A stretch of DNA of 59,775 bases, counting the filler, from Sphacelaria rigidula (lineage: Eukaryota): NCBI GenBank assembly GCA_964200075.2. It is 10 parts of 10 records of this genome, joined end to end, with 100 filler letters (N's around TTAATTAATTAA, not from the genome) between each part and the next. Parts side by side here need not be neighbours in the genome. Positions count along the whole stretch, not along the records: positions 11,977 to 17,864 come from CAXNAA020023720.1; positions 17,965 to 23,852 come from CAXNAA020023721.1; 8 more parts are not named here. One strand, written 5' to 3'. Of the stretch, positions 11,977 to 23,534 are shown one piece after another; the first letter of the stretch is position 1; each line of letters starts with the position of its first letter. The notes below the pieces were generated by a model. That model had not been told where the DNA came from and ran no database searches. It saw only the letters and a list, made by a program, of their open reading frames with translations. Position numbers and translations under genes: made by a program.

Positions 11977-13128
11977 GGCGTGCCCCGCCCCGGCTTTGTA
12001 GAGATGCAAGGCCAACGGTCTTATGACTAGGGCATGCGAGACAATAAAAATACCCTCCCCCCCCCCCTCCCCCCCCCCGTCAAAAATCCTATGTATGTGT
12101 CGCACGAAAAGTTCTTCCTTCTCGACATCGCCATGTGCTATTCGTGTATAACTTTCGTTCGTGGAAAATTATTAATGGATGCGACCACAAGGCGGCGATG
12201 CATGCTCAACTATGACGCAAACGGAAGGGACAGCCACGCATCAACTTATGAAGATGAAAAAAAAAATCCGCTGTCCCAACAAAGTCGGCAAAAGGACAGC
12301 TCGAGCTGAAATACGTGGTAGTTGTTTATCAGCTGCGTACGACGCGCTCGGACCGAGTCGAAATCAGCTCAAAATTATGTGAGATTTCGCTCACGTGCGC
12401 CAGAGCTAAGTCAAATACAGCACACGTAAAAACGTTTGAAGACTGAACCAAGCGCAAATATCTTTGCGTCGCGCATACGGCCACTCCTTCATCAACACCG
12501 AATGGATTGCCGTGAATTCAACGACCGCTCTGTGTAGACGAGCAAGAGCTAGGGTCACGGAGAGAGGTCGAGGGTTCGAATGGCGGCAGATACATACGGG
12601 CGTTTGACTACATCAGAGTATCTGATTCCCACCGTTGAAAATGCTAGGAAAGTTATCCCGCGATAGCCATCGCTCATAAATGGCTGATATGAGGAGGAAA
12701 AATCTACATGGAGACCAGCATGACAAAAAAACCGAGCGCACCGGCCAGCTGGGAACTCCCATGGCCAATGTCGTCCACTACGAGGGGCTTCATGAAGTCT
12801 GAAACCAGCTCTCATGCGCTGTGTGGTCATTTTCCTGGTGACAGTTTCGGGGCTGCTTTGTATCGCGGACATGAGTAGCAAAGAAAAATTGACGATAATC
12901 GACGCTTGTGGGAAGGCTGATTCAATCCACGAAGCCAAAGGTTAGGCATGTATGTTCCGAGGTAGAGGTAGATGGTGGTCTCTGGAGACTACGCTGACTC
13001 ACCCCGAGGACGGCAACGGGTTAAAAATAGGACGAAACAAAACAAAACAAGAATGTTCGCTGTGAATCTCCTGAGATAACGAGTGTTGTAGGATGTACCT
13101 CGACCGCTATCACCACATGTTTCCTCGC

Positions 13129-13234
13129 CTGGATGCCGTTCATGACGGACGGAGCGCTGATCACAGCCGCTTTTCCTCCCGCAGCCCCCTTCAAAACCTC
13201 CCTAGCCATGGCCTTCTGTGTTTCCTCGTCGTAC
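13129..13234 (-). CDS. EEF1AKMT1: EEF1A lysine methyltransferase 1 (N6AMT2/EFM5), exon 3
   Basis: TTCCTCAG acceptor; phase-2 join completes W in SQFW-YDEETQKAMAREVLKGAAGGKAAVISAPSV. Donor is either CAG|GCGAGG (end 13129) or GAG|GTACAT (end 13099). Confidence 0.85.
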
Positions 13235-13536
13235 CTGAGGAAAGCAACAGGCGTAGTTGTTTCAACCACGGGCACCGCGGAGCAAAAAACGGCAACATCT
13301 CATCCCCAGAGGAGGGTGGCACGGACAAAAAAGGGTACAGTACAGCCCCGACTGGCTGGAACAACAAGCGAAAAGGGGGTACAGTATAGTTCTTCTTCAC
13401 GGAGTAAAATATGGGGAAGGCCTACAGCCAACCGAAAAGAACGAGGACAGCACCTTGCGCACACACACAAGATATGCGCATAGGACCGCGGTGGTGAGGT
13501 TATCCCCCTGAGAACCTCCCGCTGTCCAGGTTAGTG

Positions 13537-13838
13537 GACCTAGAGTTTTGGTCGTATATCTATGGTTGACAACACGACTACTTGATTTTAGACTCGAGAA
13601 AGTTCTGAGAAAATTCATGGTCTGGAACAGGTGAGCAGTGGACCCAGCTCGTCCTGAACTCGTTTTTGTCGATTTGAGGTCTGTCAACTTACACTTTGCG
13701 TAGGGGAACCTATGCACCCCCCTTGCCCGAGGGTCTGAAACGCCTTGGGTCGGGGTAAGGGTTAGGGTTAGGGCTTTGGCGTTTTTGTTAGTTTGTTCGA
13801 AAAAATTAACCATAGATATACGACCAGCACTCTGGGTC
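13537..13838. mobile_element. MITE with ~31-bp TIRs and internal TTAGGG-like repeats
   Basis: GACCTAGAGTTTTGGTCGTATATCTATGGTT ... AACCATAGATATACGACCAGCACTCTGGGTC. A related copy lies inverted at ~30935-31230. Confidence 0.8.
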
Positions 13839-15010
13839 GCCTCGCCCAGGCGGGAGCTCTTGGCGTTGAGAGTTGGGAAAGGGAGGGCGACCTCGGTCGG
13901 CTTTCGCGTTTTGAAAATTTGGGCGACACAATGTCTCATCATCCCGCCCTGCAATCATATCACACAGAAAATGTACGAATTCGTTTCAACTTGCGATAGG
14001 CCTACGGGCGACCATATACGCCTGCGAGTATACTGTGGACATGGTCTCAAAATTAGCGTGACTGTTCAGTCTGCGGTCGGATTCTTGGAAGAGAAGACAG
14101 TGGGCGTTCACAGGGTTCACGATCAAAATTGTTGTTGTTTTTTTCCCATCATTTTCGAGGATCCTGGCCACTTTGTTCCGCGGGAAAAAAAATAAAAAAA
14201 ACAATTCATGTTCGACATTTTAACCCTTTTGGTACTGATGGCGATGGAAAATTGCTGATTTCTTGGTGTTGTTCTTTGAACAACATATGGTTGAGTGTTT
14301 GCAGCTTCCTAGGACCACTATTTTGCCCGAGGCGTGTTTTTCAGACCCGCGACCGCTTCCAATTGGCGGTGACTCGCGTAAATACTGTATCGCACCTCAA
14401 TCCTTCCACGTGTGGTGAGGGGATTTCCGTGTGCTCGGGCATACTTCTTTGTTTCTGTGATGTGACTTAGCAAGCTTGCCAAGTGTTGGGCGGGTACGAC
14501 CTCCGGATTGCAGCACAACAATACGCCGGTGGGGTGCGTCACCTATACAAATGTGTGCCGCAGTGCCACACGGGACTAAGCATGAAGAAAATATACAGGT
14601 GGTGCTGATTTTTGTTGTATGAAATTCAGAGGCCGCGGTGCTGGTTTTTGCTGCGTGCACAAGGTTGAACATACTTGACCCGCTGCTTCCGCTAATTCGA
14701 TAAAACTAATCCGACCGCAGCAGGGCGATATTTTTGGTGCGAGCGTGACGTACGTCGGTGGATTCTTCTGTGACCCTCTGCCGTAAAAATGGTTGTTGGT
14801 GTTTTCTTTTCCCATTTTTTCTTCTTTGTCAGCGCTTGATATAATGGGGCGTCTGGACCGGGGACAGGTGGGGAGGGCTTCCAAAGGATTAAAAGCCCGT
14901 GATTTGGAGTTTCAAAAACGTGAAGAACACCGCCAGAAGTATTGAGAATTGACGCGTTTTTTCCATCCCTACGAGAATTGGTCTGCTGTCACACCATAAC
15001 ACTACCTCAC

Positions 15011-15087
15011 CAAAATTGAGAAAGTCCGAAATCTTCACTGACCAATCCGCCTCCCTCGGCCGTTGTCACTTTTTCCACCTCTTCCGC
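15011..15087 (-). CDS. EEF1AKMT1: EEF1AKMT1 exon 2
   Basis: TTTCCAG acceptor and GTGAGG donor. AEEVEKVTTAEGGGLVSEDFGLSQF(W) contains the conserved ED(W/F)xLSQFW motif. Confidence 0.9.
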
Positions 15088-15520
15088 CTGGAAACGAGGC
15101 AGTGTGTAAAACAAAGGTGGACAACAGCGTTGTTTTCCAGATACATTGCACTCGCAGAGGCGACCATACCATACATGGATCATTCGTTGTTGTGAAATTC
15201 GGCAACCTGAGAGCATCGCACATCTGATACAACCAGAACTACGCGATATGTGACGCGCCCTCATCTTTCACGGGTTGCCAGGGCATGCGCTAGTGGTATC
15301 TCATCATGTTTGGCCAGTTAAAAAAAAAGGTACATATTGACAGGGCATTGGTGTACCGCGTTGGGTCCAATCGTATCCTCTGTCGACCATGGATATGCAT
15401 GGCATTGGCCCACTTTCTCCGCAGCTACTCGTTGTTTACATTTACGTCTCATCCTCTCATCTCTAGCGCATTACCCACGCAGCAGCACCAAAACGTACTC
15501 TACTCCTGACACATCCTTAC

Positions 15521-15712
15521 CTTATCGGCATCCTGAACAGCCAAGTGCGCCGTTAGCGCAGCCAAGGTATCTGCAGACAAGGAGTCCACGGTGATCTCTG
15601 GCGGTTCTTCATCACTGCTGGTGTCGCTGCAGTGTCCACAGTGATCGGCTGTTTCCTGGATCCTCTCAGTAGTTTCCACTGCGATCGTTGGCGAATCACG
15701 GGCGTTAGCCAT
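15521..15712 (-). CDS. EEF1AKMT1: EEF1AKMT1 exon 1
   Basis: ATG at 15712. SSDEEPP...LSADTLAAL matches the family N-terminal motif. AAG|GTAAGG donor, phase 0. Confidence 0.85.
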
Positions 15713-16103
15713 CTTTCACTTTTCCTCACTGACAGTTGGGCAATCAGCACACCCAACTCGCTGCTTGCTTGGTAGCAGCAGACAAGTGGGCGCTTCGAGT
15801 TCAAAATTTTGTGTTTTTTTAACTTGACATAGTTCAGAATCGCTCAGACTCGCGGTTGATTTAACCCGCGGTATCCCTTGGTCGTTTGTTGTGGTACCGA
15901 AGCACAAGGACGATTGATGAGCTCCCGACACATCTTCATCGCATGCTGTAGGTTTCACTTCACCACAAAATAGAAACTTCCCTGGTGGGTATTTTCGTAT
16001 TTTCCGTAAGAGCACGCGTCGTGAACCTCCATCGTGATGGGGAGAAGCAAAAGTGAGTACTGAATTTTCGTGACCTGGATATTTTCGCACACCTCTTCTG
16101 CAG

Positions 16104-16433
16104 GTCGCCCCGGTGACTTAGTTGGTAACCTCGACACCTTCTGACGGTTGGGTCGTGGGTTCATTTCTCGCAGCGATCTGATTTTTCTTCTCAGATCATG
16201 CTCAACAGTGGAGAGCGACCATGTCGTGGGTACAAAAATTCCGACTAAACGGCCCAAGAAGAGGGAAAGAGATTGCTGAACCCCTTTCGCGATAAAAATT
16301 TAAGGGCAAGTACCGCAGGAGGAAGGTGGGTTAAAATTACTATGAACAAAAGAAGAAAGAGCAACCGTGTTGAGCTTCCTCCGGAGGGTGTCGACCGGCG
16401 TTCAGAATAGAAAGGACGACAACACACACACAC
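16104..16433 (+). mobile_element. tRNA-derived SINE, (CA)n tail
   Basis: Head GTCGCCCCGGTGACTTAGTTGG (A box), GGTTCATTTC (degenerate B box), conserved body and CA tail. Homologous to 21450-21817. Confidence 0.8.
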
Positions 16434-17864
16434 CGGTCGGGCGGATGAGACCACACCACTTCAAACTGCATAGTTCTTTTCACAAGGTGTACTAGGACTA
16501 GGATACAGTTGAATCTGTTCTTCATGCGATTTTTGGTGCCTGCAGTGTGACTTCAACCCTTAGGCCGCGAAAGTCCACATGCCGATTCAACGATTGCCTA
16601 CTCTGAACCATATATATTTCCGTGAGATAAAAAGTAGAGCGTTGATTGAGAGTAGGTTTCATCGTTCACGTTAATTTGACCACTTTTTCGTTTTGTATAC
16701 TTTTCTTCTTCGCCTATAAAACTGGCGCGTACTTACATCTACATATCGATATCCTACTCAGGGTCAAGGACTGCAATGGCGAGCTACTACAGAAAGCGTA
16801 TCGGGCCTCGTGGAATGGCATTTCGGAACTGAAACCATTCATGAATTAGTTAACCGCTTCTCTCAATCGCACACGAAAAGTTTGTTTCTCGCCGTCCAAG
16901 GGTTGAAAGTCCAAAATGAATCTGGCGAGAGCACCCTCGCCGCCGCAACAGCTCCGAGAGTTTCGTGGTTCGCACGTAGTTTCTTGGATCGGCCTGAAGT
17001 AGAGCTGTTGCGTGGGGGGAAAGTAGTTGGAAGCGCGCGGGAATCCCCTCAATTGAAAAGTCGTCCCGTGCTTGAAGGCCCGTCTTGTCAGTAGACCTAG
17101 CTCTTGCCAGCTGACTTTGGGCTTTACCGTCTGAAGACTGTCTTCTCGTGTACGAAGCATTGGGAAAAAAACGCTCGTCGGGGCGGGCGGAAATGTACAC
17201 GTCGTAGAAACACTTTTTTTCGACTGAAACCGGAGTAATGTTCGCCTCTCAAGCTACAACCGGAGAACATGCAAATTTGACATATACGCCTTGCATGTAT
17301 CTTGCAAGCCTTCAGGTGGGCTGAGGTCGGCGGTAGAGGGGGTGACGCAGCAACTTTTCAAGTCTTCATGATAGAGACAAACAGCATTATATCACCCGAG
17401 ACATGCTCGACGCATGTCATCCGTCTCGCTTCTTGTTCGAACGATCGTTCAGAGGAGCAAAACGTAGATATCCCGAGTCAACAATCAAACCCTGGAGACC
17501 ACATAAATCTCTGAACCAAACTCCCGCGTCTCCTGTCGAAACATTCTCAGTTCTTGTCCTAAGCATTCATACCGCACTGGCAGAGGATAACCAGCTGCAC
17601 GTACGCCCCCCCCTCCCCCCCTATCCCCCTAACCCTTTCTGTGTACTACTACAGTCATAGACACTCTTACACCACTGTTTGCACCACAGCCACATGTAGA
17701 CACCCGTGGGTCAGTGTATAAGCTGTGGCTGTCCTACAAATGCGAGAATATCAGTAGGTTTCGGGCCGAACAATCTTAGCTGGATGCAGCTCACCCCTCA
17801 TGAGACTCGCCGAACACACCACGGCGCTTCGCGCTTGGTGGTTGCGTGCGAGCCTAGTCCGACG

Positions 17865-17964
17865 NNNNNNNNNNNNNNNNNNNNNNNNNNNNNNNNNNNN
17901 NNNNNNNNTTAATTAATTAANNNNNNNNNNNNNNNNNNNNNNNNNNNNNNNNNNNNNNNNNNNN
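17865..17964. other. Artificial contig linker
   Basis: N44-TTAATTAATTAA-N44. Confidence 0.99.
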
Positions 17965-18066
17965 CCCCATCGGGGGTCCGCCCCTACAAAGCCGGGACGG
18001 AGCACGCCGGGTTCTCGCCGGACCAGGCTAATACGCCGGACTCAGGAGGAGGGGGGGGGGGGGACT

Positions 18067-18272
18067 TTTTCTCTGTATATATGTTCTTCTTCTGTCTCAT
18101 TCTACTCTGCTGTCTTGTTTAACCTTTTCTGTCTTTTTTGTTTCCTACAGCGAGTGTTTCGGTTCTGGTTGTTTCTGGTACGTCTATCATGCGACAACGG
18201 GTGGATCCCTGGAGGATCAGTGAAAGTGCGACAATCGATCGATCGATCAATCAATGAATCAATCAATCGAAT
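18067..18272 (+). mobile_element. LINE/SINE-like 3' end with (AATC)n-type tail
   Basis: CAGCGAGTGTTTC...GGTACGTCTATCATG...GGATCAGTGAAAGTGCGACAAT followed by a simple-repeat tail. Shared with ~24225-24420 (-) and ~42300-42554 (+). Confidence 0.65.
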
Positions 18273-18367
18273 AACGTGGGAAAGCGGGGGCTGTCGCTTC
18301 ATTCGAACATCGCATGCAAAGTGGGTTCCTTTCATTCCGCTCTCCTCTTCTCGATGATATCTCCAAG

Positions 18368-18525
18368 GTGTCAGTTCCAATGGAACTAACCCTGACGGTG
18401 AGGGCTGCAGTAGCGTCATCATTAATGCCACAAAACGAGTCGAATGCGCGGCGGCTCACCAAAATCGTGCGAGAGGCGCACCGGCCCGTGGTTTTCAACG
18501 TCGTTGACCTCCGCCCGAACACGAG
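18368..18525 (+). CDS. PhoD-like protein, exon a (FN3/PhoD_N-like)
   Basis: CAAG acceptor and AG|GTGAGA donor. ...PVVFNVVDLRPNT(R) joins in phase to exon b, giving LRPNTRYLLEF. Confidence 0.7.
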
Positions 18526-18969
18526 GTGAGACTGACACCCTCCAATACGCTGGTACAGGAACAAACGGGCACTTGGAGTAGTGGGGATGCTGCGCTAGAT
18601 CATCCTCGTGCCCAGCGCAAATAAAAATGTTTGTTCTTCCCTTCACCTCCCCCTCGCCACCCTCCACATTGTTCGGAGTGCGCTCAAACGTTGCTCATTG
18701 TGATTGTTTTTGCGCCATGTGAGTGTCCAAACACCACAGGGCAACTGCGTTAAGCCCGTTCTAACGGTCAAGGACTCGGCGTCGAAGGAGTGAAACATAC
18801 GATCCACCCGGAACAGGCAGACTTGCATAAATAGTGCTTGCGTTCACTCGGGATCTACTCCTCGTTTCATGAAGCCTCTTGCATCCTGTCCCATTTCTAT
18901 TTTGACTCACTCATACTCTCGACCGCGAACCATCTTCCACACGGACTGTTTTCCCGAAAATTGTTTTAG

Positions 18970-19183
18970 GTATCTGCTCGAGTTCTCTCCCCTAGCCAAC
19001 GCCAACTCGTTCAAGGGCAGCATCCGAACTCGGGCCATTCGACCATTCAGCTTCCGACTGGCCGCTTATGCAGGATCTCAGTACCCATTCGGTTTTACCT
19101 CAACAGGCATCCATTCCCCCACCTCTCAAAACGGCGCTACCGAGCTGCACCGTGGTCTCGACCGTCGACATAGACGGCAGCAG
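18970..19183 (+). CDS. PhoD-like protein, exon b
   Basis: TTTTAG acceptor. (R)YLLEFSPLANANSFKGSIRTRAIRPFSFRLAAY resembles the LxPxTxY...GxxRT pattern. Probable CAG|GCAAGA donor. Confidence 0.65.
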
Positions 19184-19493
19184 GCAAGATCCGCTAGGTT
19201 ACGATCTTAAACAGACTAGGCGTGTTTGCTTTTTCTGATTTTTGTGGTGGCGTATTTGCTCTTACTGTACCAGTGTAAATATTTCGACGATATATGTTGC
19301 TGTAGAAGACACGAACACCACAAATCGCTAGCATGCGGCTCCTGTAGAAATTCGTGGCCTTGCGTCGAAGTGTTACACTCTCGCGGTGATCCGGAAGATG
19401 AATAAGAACTGAGAGCATGTGAGTTCGACTCTTCCGAATCCTACGCAGTTCATATCTCCCACGGTACAAAAATGCGCGTTCGTGTCGGCACAG

Positions 19494-19741
19494 CAGTTTC
19501 TGGAACGCTGGCCGTATTGTGTCCTCAAAGGCTCGAGAAACACGAGGACTGGACCCCCGGTTCCGGGAACTCGGGAACCGGCGGCTAGAATTGATGTTGA
19601 TGTCAGTGGGATCGAGGGCAGGGGGAGGGAGACACGTCGAGGGTCAGAGGGGAACCATGGCTGGCGGAATTCGCTAGCGGCTGCGGCAGCGATACGAGTA
19701 GCTACAGACGGGAAACGAATTGAACAAATGGGAATCGAACG
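19494..19741 (+). CDS. PhoD-like protein, exon c (low-complexity insert)
   Basis: Only the phase-0 frame is open. CG|GTGAGA donor gives phase 2, matching exon d. Confidence 0.55.
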
Positions 19742-20185
19742 GTGAGACGAATTCAGGTCATACCACTTCCCTTGTTCGCAGTCAGCACTGTGGTTGATGA
19801 CGTTGTTTTACGCGTTTCGCGCGATCACCTCTGATATACAACGGAGCCGAAAATCGGAACAAGAGCTACGCAGTTACTATCGTTGCCCTACAATATTACC
19901 TCAAGGCATGTGCTTCATTCGAGAGCACCGTCTGCGATACCTTCAATAGCATTTCGCAAGGACCAATCCGGTACCCATCGATTAGGTTGCAGCCGCGCAT
20001 GCTGCCAAGTTTAAAACACACACACATACGCTTCGTTAGCTAGCACATTTGATGTCCCCATGAGACGCAGATAAGTGTTGATGTTGGTACTGCTAGTCAA
20101 CCATGGTGGAATATCACGTAAACCGTTGTTTACGTGCTTTTGCCCTTCTCTGACACCGCGCGCCGTGCTTATTTCCTCAACGCAG

Positions 20186-20319
20186 GCTCATCGATGACAG
20201 TGATGCTCGACTGGCGTGCTCTACCCTTTGCTGTCGGAGCGCGTGGAGCAATCTTTCGCAAGAAGTCGACCTCCCTGGCCAAGGACTGGATCTCGTCATC
20301 CACCTTGGAAAAGAAGTGG
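20186..20319 (+). CDS. PhoD-like protein, exon d
   Basis: CGCAG acceptor. (R)LIDDSDARLACSTLCCRSAWSNLSQEVDLPGQGLDLVIHLGKEV contains the DxxxHLG metallophosphoesterase strand. Donor at 20315 or 20319. Confidence 0.7.
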
Positions 20320-20712
20320 GTACCGCTCTGATCGGAGCCATAAGGCGCGGTTCCCCGTGTATGTACATAGAAATGCACTCTATTTATTTTGGGTGGGCTG
20401 TATTTTCACGATGAACCACCCATGACTGTAACGCGATGGTTGAGCTACTCCCCGAAGGATAGGATCGTATCAGCAACGAACGAACTTCAATAGCAGCGGC
20501 ATGGTGATGTTCACCTATTTGTTCTAGAGTTGTATAGGTGGGAGTATGCCCGCACGATGCCTACAGACAGTGGTGCAAGCGCATTTCGGTCCCGGGATCG
20601 GTTTATTCCCCCTTTGTAGAGGACGTGGGGTGCCTTGATGGCCCGTCACCGTTCAGGTTAATCAGAGATATTCGTGGGACGGCAAGCCTCGACACGCTCT
20701 TCACTTTTGTCT

Positions 20713-20972
20713 CAGGGAGCAATGCTACGGTAGGGGTGCAAATTTCGCACAAAATCTTGTCTGGTTCTGGGGCACTTAACAACTCCACATGTACAAGAGT
20801 ATAGGCCAAGGCATCCCCGTTCGCAAATTCATTCGGGATATCCCTAACACATTGGAATAGTAATCCTGGCGTACTCTCACATATTTTATGAGTCGTGTTT
20901 TGGATTAGATATAGGGCTCCCAACGATTCTAACCCCAGAAATTAAGTGTGCACCCCTTTCGTAGCATCACTC
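20713..20972. mobile_element. MITE with ~23-bp TIRs
   Basis: AGCAATGCTACGGTAGGGGTGCA ... TGCACCCCTTTCGTAGCATCACT. Inverted homolog at ~38113-38370. Confidence 0.75.
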
Positions 20973-21103
20973 CAGGGTTGAATGATTTCTACGAGCTGCT
21001 TCGGAGATGTTTCGTTCCTTCGCGTTTCGTCCCACCGACGATTTACCACATCTCTTTGTCTTGCCATGTTTGAGCGCTTTGCTACAACCACCTCACCCTG
21101 CAG

Positions 21104-21390
21104 TTCACGAAGCTGTTCACGCTGCGTTATCTGTTCTGTCCAAACCGGAACACCACAAGCAGATCAATACATCAGCGTGTTTGAGCGGTGCAGAAATTGA
21201 GGACATATTCAGACACTCAATCGAGTGGCGGGTGAGATCTGCACGACAGGGGTTTGCGCCGCGGGACAAGGGAAAGGAATACCAGCGACACTCGCTTATT
21301 CGCCCGCCACAACTTCCGTTGGAAGATGTCAAAGCGCTAGGAGTGCGCGATGAAGGGGGTATATCCCAAATGGAGGCGTTTTTCACCCAG
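21104..21390 (+). CDS. PhoD-like protein, exon e
   Basis: CTGCAG acceptor and CAG|GTGAGC donor. Only the phase-1 frame is open (HEAVHAALSVLSK...EAFFTQ). Confidence 0.7.
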
Positions 21391-21449
21391 GTGAGCGGGA
21401 AGGGCGGGAGAGAGTGCACGGTTTGGACGTACGGGAGGTAGCGGGAGTA

Positions 21450-21817
21450 TGTGTGTGTGTGTGTTGTGCTGTCGTCTCATTTATTCTGGGCGCCGATCTA
21501 CACCATTCGGCATATGTGGGCGCATCAGCCGGGGTCACACAGGAGGTAGGTCAGCACAGGAGTTGTTTCTTTTTTTATTTATTTTTAGTACCCCACCTTC
21601 CTTCTGCGTTGCTTGCCTTCTACTTTTTTATCGCGAGAGGGTTTCAGCAGTCGCTTTTCCTCGTCGACCGTTAAGTAGATTTTTGTGTACCCACGACATA
21701 GTCGCTCTCCACTGTTGGGCATGGTGCAAGAAAAAATCCTAGATCGCTCCGGGCATCGAACCCCACTACTCAACCGTCAGAAGGTTACGAGGGTACCAAC
21801 TGAGCCACCGGGGCGAC
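21450..21817 (-). mobile_element. tRNA-derived SINE, near full length (~370 bp)
   Basis: Minus strand: A box TGGCTCAGTTGG, B box GGTTCGATGCC, body and (CA)n tail. Confidence 0.85.
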
Positions 21818-22358
21818 TGGCTCCAAATATGTGTAGACACAGAAAAAGAGACACTTCGGAATTCGAAAAGCATGCCTCGTAATTACATCCGCAAACGACT
21901 ATGTGTGCTTGTAGGGCTGTGTGGACTACGATGTCCCCCCCCGTGACAAGAACAAAATGGATGTTTCATGGAGCTCCAACGGTGCGAATGTTCCCGTCAG
22001 ATGCAAACCCCAAACGCGCCAGAACCCGCGCGAAGGTGGAAAATCATCAGCGGCGGACCCGCTAGAACGAAACAGTGATAATGCTGTCTGGTTGCTTTTA
22101 CTTGTGGAAATTTCCTACTCTCAGCGGAGTCTTGTTCTAGGGGATCAGAGCAGTAGTCGAGGCCTTCACGCATCCCCTGCCATACAGTTGTAGAATATTT
22201 CTGCAGCTTCCCGTCTTCTCACATGTCACGTATAGTGTAGTCACTGCTTTGCATATTCAGACCGCTCAAGTACATATTAAACCCACTGAGAATCGACGTC
22301 AATAAAAACGAACCTCGACGAATTAATACCAACCCACTCGATATACTGTACCGCCAAG

Positions 22359-22643
22359 GTTCACGACGATGCAAAGCGGAAACGGAAGCTGGGCGACGAC
22401 GCCGACCGTCTCCGCCAGGACAAACCGAACAGAAGCCCTCAACGCGACCTTGTGTCCGAGTCAGACATCGACGCGCTCCTATCCGAAAACGAGCGAACGG
22501 CCAATTCTGCTGCCGATGACGACAGAGGGGTCTCGGTGGGATTGGTTGAGGGAGAAGGTGAAAGGGAGGGGGGGGACAAGGGCGGAGAAAGAGTTGTCGA
22601 CCCGTGGAGTAATGTGGAGGCGTGGTCATATGCAACTAGGGAG
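22359..22643 (+). CDS. PhoD-like protein, exon f (acidic/charged insert)
   Basis: CCAAG acceptor and GAG|GTGAGA donor. 95 open codons, phase 0-0. Confidence 0.7.
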
Positions 22644-23036
22644 GTGAGAGGTCTTGGGGTAATGGTACTGTGGCCAAGCATTCTACTTCAGTGTGTGGAT
22701 GCTCCTCCGCCGGTAATGCTCTGATTCAAACGGGATCATGCACTATTAATAAGTCGCAGCCGTTGTCGACTGTGGACCCGCCGTTTCGGTAGTTTCGGAG
22801 AACGTTGTCAATATTCTACAGGCAGGACACACATGTCGAAGGTTACTTTTCTGGACAATCAAGATAAAAACGTATGCTGGTGCCATCCACCATAAAGAGT
22901 GTGCCTCCCGTCCTCAAGCTTTATTACTGACGTTTACCGGGAAACACGCGAGCAAAAACTTTGAATATCATGTATTGCGAGGGGCACAATCGGCTCAGCG
23001 ACGTGAGCGACCACTCCTCAATTCGACATCTCGCAG

Positions 23037-23141
23037 GTGGCAGCTAGAGTCCGCGACACCTACCGCGTGGCATGGGGACTCCCGTGGGCGAGATCTGTAA
23101 TGGCTACAACTCCCAGCGTGACGCTGGCCTTCACACCCCTG
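23037..23141 (+). CDS. PhoD-like protein, exon g
   Basis: CGCAG acceptor. VAARVRDTYRVAWGLPWARSVMATTPSVTLAFTPL resembles PhoD-type YRxxWxxPxxRxxLAxxP, followed here by a degenerate WDDH position. Donor position is tentative. Confidence 0.65.
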
Positions 23142-23534
23142 GTGAAAAGAGTTTCCTCATTTGTTCCTCTAGGTTCAGCGTCATGTTTGTTCTGTTGGTT
23201 TTGATATTCCTCTCTTGAATACGAGGAGGTCCATGAGGGAAGTCAACCTGCGGTCACCGGCTTTCGAACATTCACAGTGTATGTACGGAGCTCAACTCCG
23301 GTGAGGAAGTGAAAGTGGGTTTGGGTCGAGCATTTAATTACTCAATCGCTCTTTGAGAGTTACATCGCCCATTTTGGAACAGCTGAGAGGTGTTTTTTAC
23401 GGTGTAGTCATGTCAACGAGGTCAACTGTTCAAAGGGCGAACCATCCATGCTGTGTAAACATTCCGTGCGACCACGGTGTAGTGCACTGATTACCTGCAG
23501 AGTGGTTGGTGGGCCGGTCATTGTCAACACAACG

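Noticed and set aside
13129..15712. N6-adenine DNA methyltransferase (old N6AMT2 name) suggesting a modification or defence system
   Set aside because: This family is established as the eEF1A protein-lysine methyltransferase. The CGHC in exon 1 lies in a low-complexity N-terminus with no thioredoxin context.
16104..16175. Functional tRNA gene
   Set aside because: No 3' acceptor-stem complement or poly-T terminator. It runs into a conserved repeat body, so it is a SINE head.
16810..17200. Overlapping ~100-aa ORFs upstream of EEF1AKMT1
   Set aside because: No motif and no consistent splice signals; likely chance ORFs.
20538..22090. Extra candidate exons of the PhoD-like gene starting at 20538 and 21915
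   Set aside because: Acceptors are plausible, but I found no strong donor giving a compatible phase. Left unannotated pending RNA-seq.
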